64,000 nt of DNA from Camelus ferus (taxonomy: Eukaryota). This document shows, in pieces, positions 48,370 to 61,084 of the stretch (the stretch's first letter is position 1; every line of letters begins with the position of its first letter). The notes under the pieces are model-generated. The model was not told the origin of the DNA, made no database searches, and saw only the letters and a program-made list of their open reading frames with translations. Location of the stretch: the NCBI RefSeq assembly GCF_009834535.1, contig NC_045707.1, forward strand, positions 10,478,001 to 10,542,000. Reading direction: 5' to 3'. Position numbers and translations under genes: made by a program.

Positions 48370-48435
48370 TTCTGAGTTTCTTATCTATCAAATCAGGATC
48401 AGAATATCTGACCCACAGCATGGCTGTGAGGGTTA
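48370..48435 (+). mobile_element. MIR core fragment
   Basis: ctgagtttcttatctatcaaatcagg...ggctgtgagggttaag. Confidence 0.6.
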
Positions 48436-49029
48436 AGCTAGGGCAGCCCCGTGAGGCTGCGGCACGCACTTGACCAGCATCGCCACCTTGGCTGGTGCTG
48501 TCACCGTGCCACCGGCATTGCCTCTGTGTTTTTATGACTTACAGTCAACATGGCAAACTGAATTGATACAGGATGCCTCGCCTGCTTCAAACATGCCGCA
48601 ATGACAGATAAAGTATAAGAGGAAACTGTAAATGCATGCAGACCTTGAAAGCAAGGGGAAGCCTCGGGGACCAGGAGCAGACGGGGTTCGAGACTAGCGT
48701 AGGGGTGTGAGTTTCAGGGCAGAGTCGGGAGTAGGGGTGGGGGAGAGCTGGACTGGGCCCCCTTCACAAAGCCAGGGTCTGATGAAGGCTGTCGCTTCTG
48801 GGAATGAGACAACCGAGTGAGTGCCTGCTCTGAGCTGTGGGCTCCTGTTCTGTGATGCCAACCCTGGATGCATAGCGTTCTTATTTATGCCACACAGGCC
48901 TTGAGGTGAGAGGTCAGGGCTGGGTCTGGGAAAAAATGCATCTGGAATGGGTCGAAGCCACTTGTTCCAAAGAACACAAACCCCAGACCGCTGCACAGCG
49001 GTGCTCCCACCACCTAGGGTGCTCGGGAC

Positions 49030-49290
49030 GCCCCCGGACAACAATTCTCATGCAAGACGCACTCAGAGTAAAAAGTACAGAGACCACACAGCACACACTC
49101 AAATTCACATCCCAGAACTACAGATGACGGAACAGTCTGAAGAAGATTTAAAAATAAACATGTTTAAGTTTTTCAGCAAGATGAAGGAACGGACTGCATA
49201 GGCAGAATTAGGGCATGGTGAAGAATTAAATAGGTATTTAAAAAGAGAGGACTCGCAGGGAAATTCTAAGGATGGAAAAATGGGATCCTG
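49030..49290 (+). mobile_element. Possible old L1 ORF1 N-terminal fragment
   Basis: Peptide LQMTEQSEEDLKINMFKFFSKMKE resembles old L1 ORF1p ILELSDKDFKITMINMLKE. Confidence 0.4.
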
Positions 49291-49694
49291 GGAAGGAGGA
49301 AGAGCTTTGATGGCCTCTGGTCCCATTCCTAAGGCCGTTGTCCTAAGCATATAGAATTTGAGCTGGTTCCAGTCTTTGGAAATAGGATAAGAAAGCAAAA
49401 GATATGGCCAAGCTCCCATCTGCCATCTCCATTGTGAATTTACAATCTCCCGAGGGAGACAGGCCTTGGGAAGTAAAAATAACGTGGAGCGTTTATTCAT
49501 AGTTCCCTCTGTCCAGGAACGGAGCCGAGCCTTTCACGGGCACCTGCCCGATTAATTCTGACAGCCCTTCCAGGGAGTCAGCTATTGGCCCCGCCACAGG
49601 AGAGGAGGCTGAGACCTGGGGATGCAGGGGACTGTGCTGTCCCAGTCCTTGGACTGAGCCTGGGTCTGAGGACTGCACGGCCACTTTGTGTCAT

Positions 49695-50371
49695 TGTCAC
49701 CCAACTCAGGGTCAGCTGCTCGTTGCCCAAGAATCCAATGCTGAGAGACAAGTGTTGGGTAAAAGGAAAGATACGTTTACCGAGGAAGCAGCAATCCTGG
49801 GGAGAAGGTGGGCTCATGTCCCAAAGAACCAACTCCCTGTTGCTGATTAGGAGGCAAGAGTTTTCAAGGGGGAGTCCCAGGGGCGCACAGGCGGAGGGAG
49901 GGGCCACGCACAGAACAGCACGGTCGGCTCTGACACCCGTGTCAGTCAGTGACGGTCTGAGCAGCGTCGTCTTGATTGCTTTACGTGCAGTTAGTCTTCA
50001 GCTCCAGGCTCGGTTTGTTCCCATTTCCTTGAGGCCAGTTCTCGGAACTGGGGCCGCTTCCGTCATGGCTGCAGCCTGGTCATCCTGTAGGTAACTCCTT
50101 CCACCTGGGGTGGGGTTCCTGCAAAGCAGCTCAGAGGACGGGGCTCAGAATACGACCTCTAGCCCTGGGGGAGGAGCTAGAGGCCCCTGACTTTGTTTAA
50201 TGACCGAGCTGTTATTATTTTGTCTTGCTTGACTGGTTTCCTATCTTTCTGCACTTTCTCGCTTCTCTGATAAAATTTATTCTTTGGCTAAAGTTTCTCT
50301 GCAGACGAGAGGCAGGCGGAGGACATGAGGGTTCTGTCCGGGGACACCCCGTAGGGCCCTGCTCCGTGACA
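49695..50371 (-). mobile_element. ERV1-class solo LTR
   Basis: TG...CA termini (tgtcacccaactcaggg ... ctgctccgtgaca); internal ggaaagatacgtttaccgaggaagcagcaa and aggaggagctagaggcccctgactttg typical of artiodactyl ERV1 LTRs. Confidence 0.7.
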
Positions 50372-51384
50372 CAATCACCGCATGATCAGTTCTGCAGCAG
50401 GACGTGCCGTGGAGGAACAAAGGCACCAGCACGCACACGGCTTGGCTCTGACCGTGACTGCATCTCCCATGCAAAGCGAGGTCACTTTGCCAAAGGCGTA
50501 GAGATCAATTTCCTCAATGATTAATTTGGCAACATTCAGCTGTTTCAGGAAGGCTCTTTGGGGGCATACATTTTATCCTCCCAACCCTCTGACCACAGCC
50601 CGGGCCTTGACCCTTGACCGTGTCCATTATGGGAGTGCTCCTGCCTCCAGGCATCCTGTTTGGGTGGCATGAATGGCTTTATGTGAAAAGCTTGCATTCC
50701 TAAGGGCAAATTCCAGGGCAAAAATTCAAGTCTGGGAGCAGCTCCTGGTGGTCGCCTGAGGCTCCAGGGACTCACTGACTTATTTGCCACCAGGACCCAG
50801 TGAGATGCGCTGGAGGAGGCATCCATTATGCAGATTGATCAGCCTTCAGGGACTGGATCAGGAATGCATGGAGCATAACAATTGATGGAGTTAATTGTAA
50901 TTAATGACTAAGAAGCCCTTTAAGGATTCAAAATTAATTCAGAAAGCCACGTATAAGGATGCAAAACAGGTCCGACCACCTTTAAAGACTTCACATTTAA
51001 TACATATTTATCAGAAGCACTTTTTTTTCAGACATGCTTTTGGAAGAATACGTGAAAAAATGTTCTTAAAATATCTCAAAGTACAACCCCCTTCAGACCA
51101 AAGGGAGAAAAAAGATAGGATTTGTAGATGCATATGAATGTGTTATAAAGGATGCTGAAGTTTAAGTCAGCTGGGAATTCAGCTATACATCATTAGGAAA
51201 ATTGCTTTATGTTTGGTGATTTTGGGTAAAGAAGTGGTAGGACCCCATCCTAGGCATGCTGGGAAACTTATTTCAAAAAGGAAAGAGAAAATTTGGAGTA
51301 TGAGGAAGGTAGGATTGTGGGCACCCTCAAATGCATTTCCAGCAAGAAGTGTTTTAAAAATCTAGCATGTAAAGAAAAGAAGAT

Positions 51385-51866
51385 CATGGTGAATTAAAGA
51401 TGGCTGCAAAATCTTTGTTGGTCATCCCATTTAGAGTCATGATCTATGCCCTCGCCCTTTGAACCTGGGCAGAGTATGGCAGAAATGACGTTGTGTCAGT
51501 GTTCGGGCACAGCCCTTAAGAGGCTGGTCACTTTCACTGCTCTTGAAATGCTGGTCTTTGGCACCAAGCTGCCATGTTGTGAGGAAGCCCAGTTGCCCAT
51601 GTGGAGAGGCACCAAGGCCCCCGGCAGACAGCACTCCAGCCAAGCTCCAGCATCGTGCCAGCACAGCCTATTGGTCAGGTGCACGAGCCATATTGGACAC
51701 GAGTCCTCCAGCTTCTATCCAGCTGTCCTAGGTGACCCCACCCAACAAAGACCGTGCCATCGCTGCTGGCCCAGAGTGTGGATGTGGAAGCAAGGAAAAA
51801 GTGTGTTGATGGCTCAAACCACTAAGATTTTTTGGTGTTTTGTTGTGCAGCAATAGATACCAACAA
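51385..51866 (+). mobile_element. Older MLT1 (F/H-like) solo LTR
   Basis: aagatggctgcaaaatc...gccatgttgtgaggaagcccag...ttgttgtgcagcaatagataccaaca. Confidence 0.85.
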
Positions 51867-51984
51867 ATCAGAAATACAGTGAAATGAGTACATGGGAGGA
51901 TTTCCCCAAACAGATATAAATGTGTTAAAATGTAAGTAAATATTTATTTATTTGTTTGTTTGTTTATTTGTTAAAAAAATTTAT

Positions 51985-52697
51985 TTTAAAAATATTTTTT
52001 ACTGAATTGTAGTTGATTTACAGTGTTAGTTTCAAGGGTACAGCACAGTGATTCAGTTACACATATACATACACATATATGTTTTCTTTTCAGATTCTTT
52101 TCCATTGTATGTTATTACAAGAAATTGAATATAGTTCCCTGTGCTCTACACTTGACCTACTCAGAATTCTTAAGGGGCCTTTCTCCCTTTCAGGATAATA
52201 TCCAAACACCTTTCAATGACATTTGGGGCCTCTGCACAGCTTGTTCCCAGCCTCTCTGTCCAGCATCACAGCTCTGCAAAAATGGCAGAGGTTTAGGGGC
52301 TCGTTACCACGCCCCAGGCATTGTGCAGAACACTCGTGGTCTCATTTATTCCCCATGACAAACTTAGAAGGTATGATGATGGTGAGTTTAATTAACTTCA
52401 AAATAATATTTGTTGGAATAAAACACATCTCTCTCAGGACACATAGCTAGCAATTCAAAGAAAACCAGATGCAAAACCCAGGCAGTCATATTTTTTTCCA
52501 TTATGGTTTATTACAGGATATTGAATGTACTTCCCTGTGCTATATGGTAGCAATTTGTTGTTTATCTATTTTATATACAGTAGTTTGTATCTGTTAATCC
52601 CAAACTTCTAAATGATTCCTCCCCTAACCATTTTTCTCTTGCATAACCATAAGTTTGTTTTCTATGTTTGTGAATCTGTTTCTGTTTTTATAAATAA
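51985..52697 (-). mobile_element. Two L1 3' tails (about 51985-52150 and 52495-52697) separated by a minus-strand MIR (about 52300-52490)
   Basis: tagttgatttacagtgttagtttc...; ttatggtttattacaggatattgaa...; ctcaggacacatagctagc. Confidence 0.75.
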
Positions 52698-52976
52698 NNN
52701 NNNNNNNNNNNNNNNNNNNNNNNNNNNNNNNNNNNNNNNNNNNNNNNNNNNNNNNNNNNNNNNNNNNNNNNNNNNNNNNNNNNNNNNNNNNNNNNNNNNN
52801 NNNNNNNNNNNNNNNNNNNNNNNNNNNNNNNNNNNNNNNNNNNNNNNNNNNNNNNNNNNNNNNNNNNNNNNNNNNNNNNNNNNNNNNNNNNNNNNNNNNN
52901 NNNNNNNNNNNNNNNNNNNNNNNNNNNNNNNNNNNNNNNNNNNNNNNNNNNNNNNNNNNNNNNNNNNNNNNNNNNN
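52698..52976. other. Assembly gap (279 N)
   Basis: Run of N. Confidence 1.
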
Positions 52977-54780
52977 TTTCAAATTAGGGTTTTCTTTGGA
53001 TCTATGCTGGGCCATCACATTTAATGCACATGCTCTTCCCTCTTGACCTTCTGTGACTGACTCCTGCCACCCCTATCCTGCTGGCCACGATCTTATCTTC
53101 TCTAAATGCTTTTTGTACTTCGTGCAATGGGCAATGTGCTCTCAAGCTTCCCCACGTGTTGCTCCTGATTCTAACCCTTCTGATAGATCTTCTTCCATCC
53201 TTTTCTTCCATCCTTCCTGCTCCTTGAGGTTTTGCAAGTTTTCTTGTAAATAGCATATAGTAGATAGATCTTTTAAAAATCCAGTTCAATCAACTTTGTC
53301 TATTTCTCTTCCTTCTTCTGTTTCCTTTCTTACCATTTCCTCCTATGTATTATGGAATTTGTTTTGTTCATTCCATTTTTCCTCAATGCGTCTTAGGAGG
53401 CTTTTGCACTTTTATTTATTTATTTTATTTCAATCGTTCCCCAAGAAGCCTTTACTTTTATACCCAACAAAGTAAAAACTAGGTCATGAATCTGCCCTTT
53501 CCCCCAACAACTCAAGGGTCTCAGAATACTTTACCTTCCAGCATTCCCTTCTCTACTTAGGTGTGATTTTGTCCAAATGTTAACAATTTGTATAATTTTA
53601 AGCCCCCAAATTAGGTCATTTTGGTGCTGTCGTTGGTGCTTTTGTTGTTGTTTAGAGTTTATGTAGCTTAACGTCGTGTAGACTTATTTGCCTACTTTTC
53701 CATCTCTTTTCCCACCATCCCCTCTGGGATTCCCAAGTTATGGTTTTACATGACACTGTTGGTTGTCCATCAAGGTAACTGATGGCACATCATCTTAAGT
53801 TATTTTACGTCTGAAAGGTGTCTTCATTTTCAATGGTTGTTAAATGATCGTTTTTCTGAGCACTCTGTTCTCTCTCTGAAACACGCTGAAGGATAACTGC
53901 ACTTTTTGGCATCCTCAGCTGCTGGTGAGAAATCAACCCTCACTCTGACTGCTGGTACTTTGTGGGTGGTATTTGTTTTCTTCTTGCTTCTCTGAATATT
54001 TTTGTCTCTTTGATATTCTCCTTGCTTGTCCTGTGGTTTGCTGTGATGTATTTGTGTGTGGACTTCTCTTTAGAAATGTATTCTTGTTGTGTTTGGTTAG
54101 ACTGCCCAAATCTGCCTTTCTTCTGTTTCTGAAAACTCCTACCCAGCACCTAATGAGTCTGGCCTCTCCCTCCTCCTCCGTATTTGCACCTTGTAGAACT
54201 CTGATTGCATCCCCTCCCCGCTCTGTCCCCTGCTAACCAGCTTTCACCTCTATCACCTCTTTTTGTGTTGTGCTACAGCTTTCCTTCCAGTTTAATAATT
54301 GTTCTGTCAGCTGTGTATAATCTGCTATAACCTGTCTGTTGCGTTTTTTATTCCAATTATTATCTTTTATTTTTTCAATTTCTAGAACTTCTAGTTACTT
54401 TTCAAATCTGCACCCTTCTTTTTCAGAGTCTTTTGTACTTTCTGCATATTTAAAGTGTGATTTCTTGAAGCATATTTCACTTGCTTATTCTTTATTCCAG
54501 CCTTTACAGATGCAATAGCTGGAGTCTTTGAGCTGCGATTCTGCTGCCTCCTGCCCCTGCTGGCTCTCATGCATGCAGCCTGCCTTTTTGTTCCTTCTGT
54601 GATTTTTGACCAAGGCTCATTTTCCTTATAACTTTACAAGTGAGAATTGTGTGAGGCCTGTGTTGAAGGCCTGTATTTGATTCTGTAGGAGCTTTGGGTT
54701 GTTACCAGCTCAGGATAGGACAACTTTAAAATAATCTCTCACTTGAGGTTATTTTTTTTTTTCTTTTTAACACAGTTGGT
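52977..54780 (-). mobile_element. Old L1ME-like antisense fragments
   Basis: gcatatagtagatagatctttt...tctgaaaggtgtcttcatttt...ttctagaacttctag. Confidence 0.6.
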
Positions 54781-55609
54781 ATGAGTTGAGGCTGCAAAAC
54801 CACGTGGGGACTTGCTTGGGGTTCCAAAGAATCAGGGGAGATTTTGATTTTCCATCCACTGAACACCAAATTGGAACCAAAGTAGATTCTTTGTTGTCTT
54901 TACCTGAGGTCTTTCCAGGTCAGTGTTATATGAAGGTACAGCCCTTGGAGGACCAGCTTTCTCGTAGGGTCCTCTCGACTCTGTGCTTTAAGAGCTGTCC
55001 ATGCGGGAAGCACCTCCAGTTCACTTCTCATTACTGAGTGTGGTTTTGCAAGAAGCAGTTACCTCCTGCTGTTCATCCATCCCTGCAGATGGGCACTTGG
55101 GGGAGAGTAAAAGGGTCAAACAGGCACTTTAAAGCTGTTCTTTTTAGGCAGGGTGGAAATTGGTTTTGGTGGGATGGGACTTAGAATAGTGACACTGGAC
55201 TCAGACTCATTTGATTTGGTTTTAATGGCTAGCTGAGCATCTGGGGCAGCTGGATGAGTGAGCCGCTCAGAGGGGGGTCTGTCCTGCATCTCAGTGCTGG
55301 TGGGCCTCGTTGGCTTCTCTCCTGTGGCACCAGGCGCTCTCCGCTTCAGGCTGGAGCTGTAGCATCTGTCTTAGGGGGTCTCCATCATGGAGGAAGGTAC
55401 CACTCCTCCATGCTTCTCCACTTGCATTTACTGACTTACATGGGACCTGAAGACACTCTGAGCAGGAGCAGAAGTCACTCGTGTCTACGTGGACATAGAG
55501 AGCTGGGTCTGCTGGACTGATGGATCCAGCTGGGACCCTTTGGGTGGGAGGGTGAGGATGTGCAGAGTCAGAAGTCAGGTTGTGAGGAGGGTGGGTGGAG
55601 CCCACCTTA

Positions 55610-55960
55610 GACAGCTTTTGCTAAATTGTGCCGTGGCAACACACAACGTCGCATCCAGTGTCTCACCGCAAAAAGACTTACTTCATATTATACGTCGGGT
55701 GTGACCTGCCCATGGCTCTGCTCCTTGTATCTTCTCTCTTCTGGGAACCAGGTAGAGGGAGGAGCTATTTGTTCGGGTTTTCCGTTCTTAAAGCAGAGGG
55801 AAAAGTGCGAAGGCTGATGGAAACACGCAGTGTCCTTAAAGCTCTCTGCTCACATTTAATGGGTAAAGCAAGTGACGTGGCCCACAGGGTGGGGGGTGGA
55901 ATGCGTCCCCCCTCCCCTGGGGAGACACCACAGGTCACATGGTGACAGGGGTAACCGTGA
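55610..55960 (-). mobile_element. Old MLT1 (J/K-like) LTR
   Basis: agacagcttttgctaaattgtgccgtggcaac...gtccttaaagctctctgctcac...aagcaagtgacgtggcc. Confidence 0.6.
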
Positions 55961-56337
55961 CAACTTGGAAAACATGACATGATCTACAGCAGAACCCAAG
56001 GAATGCTCCCCAGGCAGTGAGGAGCAGGGTCAGGAGGCAGCCGGAAGGTCCACGGGGGTGGTTTGGGCACAGTGTGGGTCTGGGATGCAAATGAATTCTG
56101 ACCTCACGATCCTGTGGCTACAGAAAAGGCAGGAAGGGCCACGTCAGGAAGCCCACAGCACTTTGGAGCCCAGGCACCACTGCTGGGGGCCTTCCCAATG
56201 GCCTGTAACCTGGCATGGAGACTTCTGCGTAAGGACAGGAGCTGTGTCTCATGCGGACAGTCTGGATGGGACAACTGGAGGAGATGGTGGGCTGTGGAGC
56301 AACAGGCCAGCCTGCAGGGGCAGCTCATCCTGATTTA

Positions 56338-56778
56338 TTGGATCAGTCAGGGTTCTTCAGAGAAACAGAACCAATGAGAGAACGACAATGAGAGAGAGAG
56401 AGAGGGAGGGAGGGAGAGATTTATTTTAAGGAACTGGCTCACATTATTAAGGAAGGTGGTAAATCCAAAATATGCAGGGTGGGCGGGCAGGCTGGAGGCC
56501 CAGGGAAGAGCTGATGTTGCAGCTCATGTTCAAAGCCCATTTGCTGGCAGAGCTCCCTCTTAGTTGGAGGAAGCCAGTCTTTGGTCCATTTGGGTCTTCC
56601 CCTGATTGGGCGAGGCCCACCCACATCGTGGATGGGCATCTGCTTCACTCAAATTTAAACATTAATTTAAATTTAAATATTAATCTTGTCCAAAAGACAC
56701 CATCGCAGCCACACCCAGAATAGCGTCTGACCAAACATCTGGCCCAGCCACACGGACACACACCACTGACCACCATAT
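56338..56778 (-). mobile_element. MLT2B-like solo LTR
   Basis: agtcagggttcttcagagaaacagaacca...gagatttattttaaggaactggctcac...gaggcccacccacatc...cacccagaatagcgtctgaccaaacatctgg. Confidence 0.9.
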
Positions 56779-58999
56779 TCAGGAAGCCAAGAGAGGCTGG
56801 CTGGGGGTGAGAGATGCTTTCCGTGAGCAGATGAGGCTTGGAGCCAATGCGCTGAGCAGACTCCATCCATGTCCAGCAGAGGGTGATGAAGGGGACATCT
56901 GATCTCTTACGGTCCCTTGTGTTGTTGGTCGGCCCTCCCTGCAGACTGAGGGCCCCTAGAGCCAGAGCCCACTCCTCCAGGGGACCCTGCAGGGGCTGGT
57001 CCAGGTCTGCACCCACACACGGTGTTACGTGTTCTCACAGATTTTCTTGGAATCGACTGTGTCCTGCCAGCGGCTAGGGGAGCCTGCTCCCGCTCTCCCT
57101 GCCCCTGTCACCTGGCTCACTGTACACACACGTGTGGGGCACTGCTGGTGCAAGAGGCCAGCCAGACCCTGAGGGAGGTGTGTGCTCGGAGTGGCACAGG
57201 CGCACGGGAGGGCGGGCCCAGGTCCCCTGCTGGTAGGCGTGCAGACCCGCCGCTGCCCCTGGACCTCCTGGCTCCTCTGCCAGACGTGATGCAGGAGCCA
57301 CGGTCCTGTGGGGAGAGGATGCCTGGGAGGGAGGAGCCACTTCTCTGCCCTTCATCGTTTGCATCCGTTCCCGCGTCAGGGAGCGCAGTGGGAGGGAGCG
57401 TTGTACTCCTGAGTGCCGTTCACATGAGGCTCCTGCGTGCTCAGAGCCACTCCGGCCTGTCCCCCACTTGTGAAGTGCTCCAGCCAGGCGTCCCAGGCTC
57501 TGCACAGTCGGTCACCCCCCATCCAGCCTGCATTCGGGCTGTCCCGCCGTCTCCTGCTCTAGGTCCCCCACTGTCATGAATGAAATGCTTTGCTTCCCCC
57601 ACTGTCACCGGGGCTCTCCCCTTGGTCTGGGAAATTCTCTTCTTTTCTTTACCTGGCGAAATCCTATTAATTTCTTTGAGCGTGAATCCAGTCTCCTCGA
57701 GGAAGCCTTCTATGAATGCCCAGGCTGGACTGAGTGTCTTTCTCTGAGCCCCAGGGACACCCTGACCTTCCTCAATGGCACCTGAATGTGTTGGGCTTCC
57801 GTGGTTTACATGTGTCCTCACCGGGGCCTGGAGGGTGGGAGCTGTGCCCAGCTCTAGGTTCCCATCCCAGGTCTGCAGTGTCCCAGGTGCTCCAGAGCTG
57901 ACTGCGGGAGGGGATGGTGGTCCCGCCCTATGCGGGACAGGAGGGCGGGCCTGCCCACAGGGGTCGCGTCCTCTCCCTCCCAGGAGCCGCTTCCACGGCT
58001 GTGAAGAGCCCCGGATGCTGAAGCAGCACGGTGAGAGCCGTCGGCACCGGCTAGGGGTGCTCGACGCCATGGCGGCGGGGCCCTGCGGGGGTATTTATTT
58101 GTCTCATAACCGCAGAAATGGAATCCTGTTTCCTCGCTTACGTTTATGAGTAAAGTGTCCTCTTAGGTTGTTCAAAAAAGCAAGTTTTAGACCATTAAGG
58201 TTTTTTTTTTTTTATTTTACCTTTTATTGGAGTTTAAATAACCAGGTGAGCTTGAGCACAGCGCGGGTGATCATGAGGCAGTAAAAGGCGTTTAGAGCGC
58301 TCTCGGGGCCGGCAGTGGGGCTGGCAGCCAGCGGGAGAGGCAGCCTGCCGGCATCGACTCGGAGCACAGCGTTTATCTAACCTTTCCTCTTAATGGAGTA
58401 ACTTGTGGAAACGAGAGGATGGAGGTGAGGAGCTCGCACGCTGGCTGCGGTGATTCTCCAGGGCAGGGCAGGGCAGGGCAGCCCCAGCCGTGGACGCCCC
58501 CTTCTCCCCGCCGTGCGGCACGGAGCGGCGTCCTCCTGCGGCCAACTGGGGAGCAGGCACGGGTGGGTGCCGGGGGTCTGGGATTCGAATCCCAGCTTTC
58601 CAGCAGCCGACCTTGAAATCCCCCGCATCTCAGCGTGACGGGAATGAGAGTAGTTCTCTCAGGTGTGTTACGACAGGTGAATGGGCCAATGAATATAAAG
58701 TTGCCCTGACGGTGAATACAATTATAGAAATGTTAACTATTTCTTAAAATGGCATTTTATCACATCCTTCACCAGTACTTACACTGCTGGAGAAGAGGGA
58801 AGGGATGGAGTTGAGGACAGCTATGCTTGGAGCCTGGACAAAAAATACAGGGTCGTAAGCACATCCCGCTTTGCTGCAGTCTGCTTTTCCCCTTTGCGTG
58901 AACAGTTCCCTGGTTTCTTTATGATGGTAACACCTGCTCTGACATCCCGCCGGCTGCAGTCATCTTGCGTTCCCCTTAGAGAGCTGGAGAGGCGTCCTC

Positions 59000-60535
59000 A
59001 CCTTTACCTCTTTACTGCGCGGACGCCATGCACCTGCGGTGCTTGGCTTGTGCTGATGATGATCCTGGTGAGGACACAGACATCTGAATGATGAACTTGC
59101 ACCCGAGGTGTAGGAGCGCCTGGACCCATTTGGGACGGTGCAGGGCGATGTAAGGGCGCCGCCTGCCACGAGCTGCAAGTCTCGCAGGAAGACGGGAAGA
59201 GCTCTGGGTGATGCATCCAAAAAGCAAACTTCAGATCTCCTTTGCTCTCCTTGCTGGGGGGTGCCCTGACTGTCTCTTGTGCTGGGGGGTGTTGTGATCA
59301 CGGAAGGGAGGGCTAGACTGGGAGGCAATTAAAGAAGGTGGGGAGTGGGTATCCTGGGATGGTGAGAGCCTTGTGTGGGAGATGCTGAGATGGCGAGAAG
59401 GATGTGTGAATGGACAGCAGGAGGAGATGAGTGGGTTCTTCACCACACACTTTACGCCGAGACGAATTGCTCTGTGCCAGAGCTCCGTGCCAGAGCTCCG
59501 TGCCAAATCCTGGGGATGTACAAGAAGTCAGTTTCATGGGCCCCCGTCTTGTCGTGGTAAGTTACATTTTTCAACACTCCATTCATTCATTTTTTAAATT
59601 GAAGTACAGTTTGTGTCAGTTTCCGGTGTACAGCACACTGCCCCAGCCACACGTGAGTATACGTATGTTCGTGTTCACATTCCTTTTCACCGCAAGCTGC
59701 CACAAGATATCGAATATAGTTCCCTGGGCGACACAGCACAAGCCTGTCCGTCTGTCTTATATACACCAGTCAGTATCTGCAAATCTTGAACTCCCAATCC
59801 ATCCCCCACACCCGCTTCCTGTTCTCTATGTCTGTGAGTCCGCCTCTGTCCTACAAACAAGCTCATGTGTCTGTTATTCATTCTTCTAACACATATTTGC
59901 TAGGTCCTGCCTCTGCCTGGCCGTTGCTAGCCAATGGGACACAAAGATGAAGACATGAGTGATACTTACATGTGAACAAATAATTTAAGTAAAATATGAT
60001 AAGCGTTCTAAACCAGTTATAAACAGGGGCTAGTGATGTGGACACAAAGGGCGTTTATTCATTTGATGCTTGCTGAGCACCTACTGTGTGCTGGACGCCG
60101 GAACTGAGCACTCAGGAAGACAGACACCATCCCTGACCTCATGTGTACAGTCTAGCAAAGGAACAAAATATACAGCAGGAGGGTGAGATGTATTTCAGTA
60201 GAAGGCTAGGGTAAGGAAGGGGGACAAGCTGGGGTGACTTCTAAGTGGAGTGGCTGGGATCGTCTTTGTGAGAAGAGGTCTATGAGTAAAGATCTCAGGC
60301 AAGTGAGAGAGTGAGGCAAAGGGATACTTGAGAGAGAAGTGTTCCAGGTGGGGAGACAGCAAGTGCAAAGGTCCTGAGGTGGGAGTGTGCCTGTGGGCTT
60401 GAGGCAAACCAAAGGGATCAGTGTTGTTAGAGCAGGCAGATAGCTAGAAACGAGTAGAGAAAGGGGGACACAGACCAAATGGCAGCAATCGGGCAGAAAG
60501 GAGGGGCACAAGCCAAATGCAGGAAACCACACATC
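59000..60535 (-). mobile_element. L2 fragments with an inserted L1 3' tail (about 59590-59860)
   Basis: ttattcatt...tgctgagcacctactgtgtgctgg; ggagacagcaagtgcaaaggtcctgaggtggga. Confidence 0.75.
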
Positions 60536-60536
60536 A

Positions 60537-61084
60537 TGTAAGCACCAGGGGTCCCTGGGCAGAGAAAGAAAAGCAGGAACCTTTGGGCTGATAAGTGGTC
60601 ACAACTTTTGGGGTGATGAGTGGCCTGGAGACAAACAAAGAAAGGTGAGAAAAGGCAGCAATCTCCAGTGTCCGAATGTAACCTTTTTGCTCATTATGCC
60701 CTCATTTCGATAAAATTAGCCTTGCAGATCAGAAGTACCCATCATGCACTGACGCCAGGACACTTCCGATCCAGACTAAATAAGGACAGAAATCCCTCCT
60801 CCCTTCGGGAAGGTGGAGTTGGGATGATAATCAGGGAACACGACCCCAAACGCTTCCCTCCCCAGTGAATAGTCCACCCATTCATTTTTACACCCCATGT
60901 AACTAACTTGCCGAAGAAACACAGGGCAGCCGCTCACCTGAGCCTGCCCGCTCTCCCCTTGAGCGGGTACTATCCATCCTTTAATAAACCCTCACTTTAC
61001 TTTTTTTAACCACTACGTCTTATCTCTGAATTCTTTCTGCGACGATATGAGAACCCGGAACACCAACTGCATCTACTGGCAACA
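60537..61084 (+). mobile_element. ERV1-class solo LTR nested in L2
   Basis: TG...CA termini, AATAAA at 60983-60988, U5-like tctctgaattctttctgcgac; L2 sequence on both flanks. Confidence 0.8.

Noticed and set aside
52612-53046. ORFs spanning X residues
   Set aside because: Artefact of the N gap
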